Part shown: piece after piece, positions 57,465-64,000 of the stretch
Position numbering within the stretch: the first letter of the stretch is position 1
Layout of the letters: every line of letters starts with the position of its first letter
Virus record (IMG/VR): IMGVR_UViG_2850949226_000003
Location: 1-64,000 of that record
DNA length: 64,000 nt
Source: a virus
Lineage: Duplodnaviria > Caudoviricetes
Strand: one strand, 5' to 3'
The notes under the pieces: generated by a model
Told to the model about the DNA's origin: nothing
The model's input: only the letters and a program-made list of their open reading frames with translations
The model's database searches: none
Position numbers and translations under genes: made by a program

Positions 57465-57929
57465 ATGATGGCAGGAGACATTGTTTTCGTAAATGGAAAC
57501 ACACCGATAAGTCGAATGGTAAAACTAATTGATGGCGGCCGTTTTTCTCACGTAGCGGTAGCTGTAAGTGAAACACATATTATCGAAGCGCAATACTTTA
57601 CCAAAGTGAGAATAACCCCTTTGAAGTACAGGGATTTTGAAGTTGTCAGCGTAAATTTGACAGACGAACAAAGGGATAGAATAGTTCATTTGGGGATTCA
57701 ACTGGTTGGAAAGTGGTATGACTATCTCCAGGTTTTTTGGTATTTCTTCAACAAATTATTAAGTTTGGATTTTAGAGGTGTTTGGAACTCGAAAAACAAC
57801 CTCATATGTTCAGAACTTGTGGACAGACTTCTATCTCAAGTCGGTTACATTCCAGAGAATCTATTCTTGGGGGATGTAACCCCTTCTGAACTGTATGAAT
57901 ACCTCAAAAAAATAGACCTTCGAAAATGA
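57465..57929 (+). CDS. Permuted papain-like NlpC/P60 enzyme (YiiX/YebB-like)
   Basis: GDIVF, FSHVAV (His), G..YD, ICSELV (Cys), TP..L. Confidence 0.85.
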   Translation: MMAGDIVFVNGNTPISRMVKLIDGGRFSHVAVAVSETHIIEAQYFTKVRITPLKYRDFEVVSVNLTDEQRDRIVHLGIQLVGKWYDYLQVFWYFFNKLLSLDFRGVWNSKNNLICSELVDRLLSQVGYIPENLFLGDVTPSELYEYLKKIDLRK

Positions 57930-57960
57930 GAAATCGCTCCAAAGAAATCATACTAATGTT
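57927..57960 (+). promoter_or_regulatory. Putative phage late promoter for the lysis genes
   Basis: TGAGAAA...CATACTAATGTT. Confidence 0.6.
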
Positions 57961-58028
57961 TTTAGGGCCGAAACCGTTGTTACAGTAAAAATGAGCAAAA
58001 GGGAAACTTATCGAAGGAGGATATACCG

Positions 58029-58331
58029 GTGGAGCAATTGTTGTTGAATTACGCAAAGGAGGGCGTATTCTTAGCTCTATTCCTCTATTTACTTGTTTGG
58101 TCTATACCTAAGATGAGGCAAGAGTTCAAACAAGATATGAAAGAGATGGAGGAACGACACGGCGCGGAAATTTTGCGAGTTGAGAAGAAGCATGAATCAG
58201 AAATCGAAAAGGTAGAAGAAAAGGCAGAAAAGCGCGAGAACGAGCTAATGAGATTATTGACCATGTTCGGCGATAAATATGACATTCTTACTCATAAAGT
58301 CGATGAAGTGCTTAAAAAGTTAGAAAAATAA
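58029..58331 (+). CDS. BhlA-like holin / lysis protein
   Basis: G.F.ALF.YLL TM segment then KRE.ELM coiled coil. Confidence 0.75.
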   Translation: MEQLLLNYAKEGVFLALFLYLLVWSIPKMRQEFKQDMKEMEERHGAEILRVEKKHESEIEKVEEKAEKRENELMRLLTMFGDKYDILTHKVDEVLKKLEK

Positions 58332-58355
58332 GTTATAAAGAAAGGTGAGTGATAA

Positions 58356-59438
58356 TTGATGGCTAAAGAGTGGGCTATTGATATCGGCCACGGAGAAGAT
58401 ACGTGGGAAAAAGGTGGAGGCAAAGGAGTTAAATTGCCTGGTGATTTAGGCGGCGGAAGAATGGAAGAACATTGGTTTAACTCTGCTGTAGGCATTTATG
58501 CTAAAGAGTTGTTAGAGCACAATGGAATCAAAGTTTTCATGGCTCAGAAACCTTACAAAAACGATGTACCTTTAACAACCCGCACCAACGCATATAATGC
58601 AAGAAAGGTAAGAGGGGTAATTTCTATTCACGCTAACGCCGGATCACACAAAGCTCATGGGTCTTGCGTTTTCTATTGGCACACCGCAGAAGATTCCAGG
58701 AAGTTAGCTGAAGTTTGGAAGAAGCACGCTTCCAAGTATATGTCGGAAGTTGGTTTTCACGGTAACGGCTTTCACCCATCGGTCCCTGGCACGTGGACAA
58801 ACCTTCATATTTGCCGTGAAACGAATATGAGAGCTATTTTGATTGAGCACGGCTTTATGACAAACAAGAGCGATCTGAAATGGTTGCTAAACGATTCATA
58901 CCGTCGTGATTGCGCTGAAGTTATAGCAAGGACAATTTGTGAAGTAGAAGGGATTACCTTCAAGCCGTTGTCAGGAAAGAAATCATCCGGTTCCACAAAA
59001 CCCTCTCCTTCTCCTGTGAATAAGGCGGCTGAATATAAGATCGAAAAGGGAGACACTATTTGGGGAATCGCTAAAGAGCTTAAAGTCAGCGTCGAGGACA
59101 TTCTTAAGTTAAATCCTGGGATCGATCCGACAAAACTTCAAATTGGACAAACCATCAAAGTAAAAGGCACTCCTTCGAAATCAAATGATAAGCCGAAAAA
59201 GTCTTCTTCAGGAAGTTTCATTGGAAAAAGAGTTGAATCCAAAGTTAATGGATTAAGATTTTATGCCAAGCCTTCGTGGTCAGATAAGGATGTTGTGGGT
59301 CACGCGAATAAAGGCCAAGGGTTCCCTTATATTTTGAGTAAGCACAAAGTCGGTGACGGGTACCAATACCGAGTCAAAAATTCAAAAGGGAAAATCTTTT
59401 ACATTACTGCAAGTTCAAAATATGTCACAGTCAAATAA
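58356..59438 (+). CDS. Endolysin: Amidase_3 with LysM and an SH3-like domain
   Basis: DIGHG, E, ISIHANA, ILIEHGFM; LysM YKIEKGDTIWGIA. Confidence 0.92.
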   Translation: MMAKEWAIDIGHGEDTWEKGGGKGVKLPGDLGGGRMEEHWFNSAVGIYAKELLEHNGIKVFMAQKPYKNDVPLTTRTNAYNARKVRGVISIHANAGSHKAHGSCVFYWHTAEDSRKLAEVWKKHASKYMSEVGFHGNGFHPSVPGTWTNLHICRETNMRAILIEHGFMTNKSDLKWLLNDSYRRDCAEVIARTICEVEGITFKPLSGKKSSGSTKPSPSPVNKAAEYKIEKGDTIWGIAKELKVSVEDILKLNPGIDPTKLQIGQTIKVKGTPSKSNDKPKKSSSGSFIGKRVESKVNGLRFYAKPSWSDKDVVGHANKGQGFPYILSKHKVGDGYQYRVKNSKGKIFYITASSKYVTVK

Positions 59439-59450
59439 GGAGAGGATAAA

Positions 59451-59735
59451 ATGATTAACTGGAAAGTTAGACTAAGAAACAAAATGTGGTTGACTTCTTT
59501 TGCTTCACAGACAGCTTTGCTTATTCAAGGGGTTTTGGCTGGCCTTGTTGGTTTAGGGGTAATCAGCATTGATCTCGCCGGTCTTGACTCATCTCTAAAA
59601 ATTGCTTTAGGTATGGTCGATGTTGTTTTGGCCTATCTTTCATTCTTAGGCATTGTTCAGGACCCAACTACTGAAGGAATCGGGGATAGTGCACAGGCTT
59701 TAGAATATGGCGAGCCAAAAGTCCAAGACAAATAA
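59451..59735 (+). CDS. Phage holin
   Basis: MINWKVRL.NK.W...LGIV.DPTT.GIGDS signature. Confidence 0.9.
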   Translation: MINWKVRLRNKMWLTSFASQTALLIQGVLAGLVGLGVISIDLAGLDSSLKIALGMVDVVLAYLSFLGIVQDPTTEGIGDSAQALEYGEPKVQDK

Positions 59736-59809
59736 TTTCATAAAATCAGATATTCATGTTTAATTTTACCTTCCCTCTGACTATAATTTAAGTATCAGGG
59801 GGGGTTTTT

Positions 59810-60175
59810 ATGAAGAAATTCATAGTGATGTTTGTTATGATTTTAGGGCTTTCAGGGTGTTCAGAAGAAAAGTTTGAATCATACAAAGAAGCTGATCAGC
59901 ATTTGATGAAAGAGATCGCTGACGGAAAAATAGACCTTAATAAAGTTAATGACAAATATACCGCTGAAGGAACAAAAATTTCTGAAGATGAATTCGATTC
60001 TCTGAAAAAATACTCAAAATTGCACTTTGAAGAAGACGGTATCGAAATCACTAGGGATGACAATGTAACACACATACAAGAAAAACCGACTGAAGCATTT
60101 GGCACCGATATGAATATTTACTGGAAATACGAAGACGGAACTTATAAAATTGAAAAGATCGAGAATTATGAATAA
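59810..60175 (+). CDS. Lipoprotein (moron)
   Basis: MKK-hydrophobic-LSGC lipobox; own promoter region and terminator. Confidence 0.8.
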   Translation: MKKFIVMFVMILGLSGCSEEKFESYKEADQHLMKEIADGKIDLNKVNDKYTAEGTKISEDEFDSLKKYSKLHFEEDGIEITRDDNVTHIQEKPTEAFGTDMNIYWKYEDGTYKIEKIENYE

Positions 60176-60212
60176 CACTCCCTATTCGGGAGTTTTTTTA
60201 TTATACTAATAG

Positions 60213-60752
60213 GTGGAATTAAGGAGGTACATAATGAATGATGTCATTATAACATTGATCAGTGTGGGAGTAGGGGCCGTTTCAACCGGAGTGGTTTCTT
60301 ATATTCTACAAGCGCAACAATTTAAAAGGCAGACAGATTGGGAACGAGAAAAGCAGGAAGTCCAACATAAGCAACAATTAGAAATAATGCACAACCAATT
60401 TACTAAAGAACAATTACTCAAGAAAGTGGAGGCGTATAACGAAATATTAAATGTCGAAAATAATCTCCAGGTTTGTGTGTGGGATCAGCATACAGGCGAT
60501 TGGGAGTTGAACTGTAATCTTTACAAAGAAAAGATTAGACCCTTACTATACAAGCACTTTCATTTGTTAGAAGACAACGTGGCCCGTTCTGTTCAAGAAA
60601 TCGATACAATATTTCATAAGTGGGGTATATACGAAGAGGCGGACGATTCTGATGATGAATTTTTGAGCGGGGAGTACCTAAAGATAATTTCGTCAATACA
60701 AAATGAACTTCAAAATTATAGAGATGTTTTTATTAATAAAAAATTAAATTAA
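60213..60752 (+). CDS. Membrane-anchored hypothetical protein
   Basis: N-terminal TM; start probably MNDV with RBS AAGGAGG. Confidence 0.7.
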   Translation: MELRRYIMNDVIITLISVGVGAVSTGVVSYILQAQQFKRQTDWEREKQEVQHKQQLEIMHNQFTKEQLLKKVEAYNEILNVENNLQVCVWDQHTGDWELNCNLYKEKIRPLLYKHFHLLEDNVARSVQEIDTIFHKWGIYEEADDSDDEFLSGEYLKIISSIQNELQNYRDVFINKKLN

Positions 60753-60762
60753 AAGAGAGTGG

Positions 60763-61314
60763 TTATTTCCACTCTCCGGTTTCTGTAAAGTATGTTACTC
60801 CTAGTCCGATAGCGTCTGCATCATTATCGTTTTTGACAGTAAATAGCTGAGCATTTTTCTTACCGACCAATTTCTCTTTTATTTCATAACACTTATCGAT
60901 GATATCTTGCTTTTCTGCATTTCCGTTCCCTGCGAAGACTCTTTTCATAGTCTTATTGTTTATGAAATAAAATTCAGAGACATCATTGAATACCTTTTTC
61001 GCTATTCCGTGTACCCCACCAAGCTTATAGGCCGAAGTATACCCATTGTTTTTATTGACCCTTCCCGAATTCTTTACATTAGCAAGCCATTCCTCACAAA
61101 CGATATCAGCAGGAAAGAAGCTTGCTCTTAATGTCATCAACTGCATTTCAATCCGTTGTAACTTCCGCCCTTCTTGGCTTGTTTCAAAATGATCGTTATT
61201 TATAGTTCCCCATTCAACTAATCCGGGATTACCGCGGGATTTCCTCCTGAATACAGCATATCCGGTTTCATTAAGAGACAGGTCTAATACGATTACATAT
61301 TCCTTTTTGCTCAT
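60763..61314 (-). CDS. RuvC-like Holliday junction resolvase
   Basis: LDLSL..TGYA, E, GNGNA.K, ND.DA. Confidence 0.85.
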   Translation of the reverse strand: MSKKEYVIVLDLSLNETGYAVFRRKSRGNPGLVEWGTINNDHFETSQEGRKLQRIEMQLMTLRASFFPADIVCEEWLANVKNSGRVNKNNGYTSAYKLGGVHGIAKKVFNDVSEFYFINNKTMKRVFAGNGNAEKQDIIDKCYEIKEKLVGKKNAQLFTVKNDNDADAIGLGVTYFTETGEWK

Positions 61315-62159
61315 TCTGCAATCTCCATTGCAAGTTTGCCGTGATGTTCATAGTTCAAGACCTTGATATGTTCAGGTTGGAAATCATAAAAATTCTTTAT
61401 ATTAGGATCAATAAAAAGCTCTGGAGCGGGGAGCGGCTCCCTTGTGATTTGTTCTTTCAAAACATCCATGTGACGATTATAGATGTGGGCGTTACCTAAG
61501 ACAAAGTGCATCTTCCCTAAAGGTAAGCCGGTATGAATAGCGACCAGGCGTTGAAGAACGGCATACTGATATACATTAAAGGGCAATCCTAATCCTACAT
61601 CGGAACTTCGGGCCTTGACCAAAAGGTTTAATGTCCCGTCAAATGTGTCCCATTGAGTATGGTGAACACAGGGGGCAAGAGACATTTCGTTTAAGTCATC
61701 GACATTCCAAAGTTCTGTCATGATCCGCCGCGAAGTCGGGTTATTGGTCAGTTCATGAAGGATATAATCAACTTGATCCATAATTTGCCCTTTGATGTTG
61801 ATGACTTTTTTCGAAAGCTGAAATCCGTATGCAGGACCGATCGTGCCGTTCCATCTGCCGCCTTCAATTCTCCATTCATTCCAAATCCTTACCCCCATTT
61901 TCAAGAGGTCGTTAATATCATTCGATTTCATATTCCAAATCCAATGTCGCTCTTTGTTCGCGGTATCAGGTGAATTGAATTTAGTTGTAAGAATGGGAAT
62001 TTCATCTGGAAAGAATGTCATGGTGTGAAAGAAAATGCTCTTCGTGTGAGCCGGTGTTCCATCTTTCCATTTAGCTCTGACATCCTTTCCATTGCTCCAA
62101 ACACCTTCGCGATCTATTCTTTTTACAAGCTCAGCATAAATAATGTCAAATTGAGACAT
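61311..62159 (-). CDS. thyA: Thymidylate synthase
   Basis: IGPAYG.Q, SRRI, LAPC, RSSD..LGLPFN, HIY; start MSQFD. Confidence 0.95.
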   Translation of the reverse strand: MSQFDIIYAELVKRIDREGVWSNGKDVRAKWKDGTPAHTKSIFFHTMTFFPDEIPILTTKFNSPDTANKERHWIWNMKSNDINDLLKMGVRIWNEWRIEGGRWNGTIGPAYGFQLSKKVINIKGQIMDQVDYILHELTNNPTSRRIMTELWNVDDLNEMSLAPCVHHTQWDTFDGTLNLLVKARSSDVGLGLPFNVYQYAVLQRLVAIHTGLPLGKMHFVLGNAHIYNRHMDVLKEQITREPLPAPELFIDPNIKNFYDFQPEHIKVLNYEHHGKLAMEIAE

Positions 62160-62661
62160 GTCTACAACCCCTATCATTGATCCTCTCGAACTCAAAGAAA
62201 ATATGTTCATGTTTGTTTTTATCATCAATAACGCCAAGTGTGACTGATTTGATCCTGAATTTTTCGTTCAAGTAATTGCCGGCCGGAAAGAACTTGTCGC
62301 AATCAAAGGTTTCAAGAATATTAGTCAGATAGATTCTTTGGGCGTGCGGTAAAAAGAGACTGTAGATGTCTTCGCCGCCTATGATCCATACGTCAACCGA
62401 CTTTGCCAAGATCAAGATTGGTTCAATACTCGAATACGTCAAGACTCCTTCATCATCAAAGTTATCCTCCCTCGACAACACGATGTTCGTTCTGTTTGGC
62501 AAAGGCTTCCTCAAAGACTTGTAAGTAGTGCTCCCCATAACCACAAACGATCCCTCGGTTTTCTCTCTGAAATAACGAAGGTCATCCGGGAGGTGCCAAG
62601 GTATATCTCCATCTCGCGCAATACCAAAATCTAAGTCTACACAAGCGATGATGTTAATCAT
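62146..62661 (-). CDS. Dihydrofolate reductase
   Basis: IPWHLPDDL..F, MG..T, PLP.R.NIVLS, IIGG, DKFFP. Confidence 0.95.
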   Translation of the reverse strand: MINIIACVDLDFGIARDGDIPWHLPDDLRYFREKTEGSFVVMGSTTYKSLRKPLPNRTNIVLSREDNFDDEGVLTYSSIEPILILAKSVDVWIIGGEDIYSLFLPHAQRIYLTNILETFDCDKFFPAGNYLNEKFRIKSVTLGVIDDKNKHEHIFFEFERINDRGCRHVSI

Positions 62662-62671
62662 CTTTAACCTC

Positions 62672-63403
62672 CTAGAAGCCGTTTTTCCGTTGGAAAATCG
62701 GGCAAATTGATCTGTTTTCGCAGAAGTTAGAGCAAAAGAACGGATTGTAAATAGCTGGATACTGACCGGACTTCATTTTGTTCCATGTTCCCTTGATCTT
62801 TATTTCACCTAACTTCACAAACTTTTCAGTTACTATGAAATCCCTAAACTCATTGAACCTCACAAAATCGAATTCGAACTTAAAGGGATATTCACCAAAT
62901 AAAGCTTTACAAGCAATCGAATAAAAATATGGTTGATATTGTTTGTTCAGTATTGACTTTGTATAAGGTTTAGATGTCTTATAGTCTCTGACTATTAGCC
63001 GGCCTTTTTCATCCTTGTAAACAAGGTCTATGAAACCGTGGAGGGGAGGGATAGTGAAGTCTATAGGTACTGTAAACTCCACTTCCGCACCTACAATATT
63101 CAAGCGATTTAGCTCACTCCATTTGCGTTCGATAGCTTCTCGCCCTTGTTTATAGTAATCAGACCTATTTCTTTCCGGAACTTTACATGAAGGAAAGTCG
63201 GAATCGAATTTCCTGAAGGCCTGTTCCAACAAAACAATTTCTTTTTTTGCTATTCCTTCATAAATGCTGTGATTCAATGTTCCGTAATCGGCGTACCAAT
63301 CGACCGTTTCATCACCGATGCCAACTGTTTTCAAATATTTTAAGTCGTAAGCAAGAGGGCATTGGTTGTAAAGCGACATTCTCGAAGGTGAAATGTACTC
63401 CAT
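62672..63403 (-). CDS. PD-(D/E)XK exonuclease (Cas4/AddB-like)
   Basis: ISPS...Y.QCP, G...H, E, GFIDL, DYKT, Q...Y and C-terminal C...C.....CP. Confidence 0.88.
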   Translation of the reverse strand: MEYISPSRMSLYNQCPLAYDLKYLKTVGIGDETVDWYADYGTLNHSIYEGIAKKEIVLLEQAFRKFDSDFPSCKVPERNRSDYYKQGREAIERKWSELNRLNIVGAEVEFTVPIDFTIPPLHGFIDLVYKDEKGRLIVRDYKTSKPYTKSILNKQYQPYFYSIACKALFGEYPFKFEFDFVRFNEFRDFIVTEKFVKLGEIKIKGTWNKMKSGQYPAIYNPFFCSNFCENRSICPIFQRKNGF

Positions 63404-64000
63404 TAATAACCACGGCCTGTTTCCGATTCAATGATGATGCGCGTGCCGCTAGGGTGATATGAAAGTGGTCGATCGATAAAGTCCATAACAGTGTTGTGCC
63501 AAAAAGAAAAGCCTTCAGATTTCGGGCATTTGATTTTTTCTTTGATGTGAGAAAAGACTTTCCATGTAACTTCGCAATCATTTACTGCATCGTGGTGTCG
63601 ATTGTTTTTGATGCCTAAACGCTCTGCTGTAGGTCCCAAAGAAGGATTACTGTCCGGATAGAGAACTTTTGCTAGAGTTCGAGTGCATACGAAATCATAA
63701 AACTCTTCAATTTGATCTCCGTCAGGATGTTTCCAGTGGATGAAACTTAAATCAAACGGGGCGTACTGGATTACCATAATTGAACCATCAATAAAATGGT
63801 CCAAGGCCAGCACTGCTACTTCTTCGGCCATTCCTGTCGAACATAGTTCTTCAGTTATGTGCGGTGTATACTCCGACGGCTTTCGACCTTCTGTTAACTG
63901 AACATAAGTATTGAAGAGGGCTATCTGGTTGCCATCCTTTGTATATTTAATAGCTGATATTTGGGTGATTTGATCTTTTTCAGGGTCTAATCCTGTAGTC
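63403..64000 (-). CDS. DnaQ-like (DEDDh) 3'-5' exonuclease, 5' end outside the window
   Basis: Frame open to the edge (TTGLDPEKDQITQISA); APFD and HDAVND motifs. Confidence 0.85.
   Translation of the reverse strand, partial: TTGLDPEKDQITQISAIKYTKDGNQIALFNTYVQLTEGRKPSEYTPHITEELCSTGMAEEVAVLALDHFIDGSIMVIQYAPFDLSFIHWKHPDGDQIEEFYDFVCTRTLAKVLYPDSNPSLGPTAERLGIKNNRHHDAVNDCEVTWKVFSHIKEKIKCPKSEGFSFWHNTVMDFIDRPLSYHPSGTRIIIESETGRGY

Larger units (their letters stand above)
1..64000. mobile_element. Temperate Bacillus siphophage / prophage (partial; continues beyond the right edge)
   Basis: Integrase, terminase, portal, capsid, tape measure, lysis and nucleotide-metabolism genes span the whole window with no host housekeeping context. 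Confidence 0.95.

Noticed and set aside
33754-62159. Introns or inteins in terL or thyA, and DGR/retron elements
   Set aside because: Both genes are uninterrupted and of normal length; no reverse transcriptase or template/variable repeat pair was seen.
61311-62661. Hypermodified-base pathway (with dCMP deaminase and dUTPase)
   Set aside because: ThyA has canonical motifs and is paired with DHFR; this is ordinary dTTP supply and no modifying enzymes were seen.
62672-63403. Cas4 as evidence of CRISPR-Cas
   Set aside because: Solo Cas4-like exonucleases are routine in phage replication modules; there is no cas1/cas2 or array.

Overview
The whole window is about 64 kb of a large temperate Bacillus siphophage or prophage (host probably B. 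subtilis/licheniformis group, inferred from Rap-Phr, LXG, YjbA, RsfA and AbrB homologues). From left to right it holds: a large serine integrase with a candidate RDF and an intact tyrosine recombinase; a small wHTH protein followed by palindromic iterons and an AT-rich tract (putative origin); a degenerate array with 35-43 bp period; a leftward early-gene block with sigA promoters; a 1.3 kb non-coding strand-biased region (candidate packaging end); morons (Rap-Phr, LXG toxin with two Imm30 genes, a frameshifted gamma-PGA hydrolase, a beta-helix protein); homologues of host sporulation factors (YjbA/MdfA, AbrB, RsfA) and a phage sigma factor; a structured non-coding RNA candidate of about 340 nt ahead of terS; a complete head-tail-lysis module with two programmed frameshifts; and leftward RuvC, ThyA, DHFR and exonuclease genes. 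The most notable unexplained signals are the late structured RNA, a TGAGA-N18/19-TACTAATGTT late promoter, a repeated two-hairpin intergenic motif, a stand-alone terminase-ATPase paralog and a permuted Dit/tail-tube protein. All family calls come from motif recognition by eye; no searches or folding were run.
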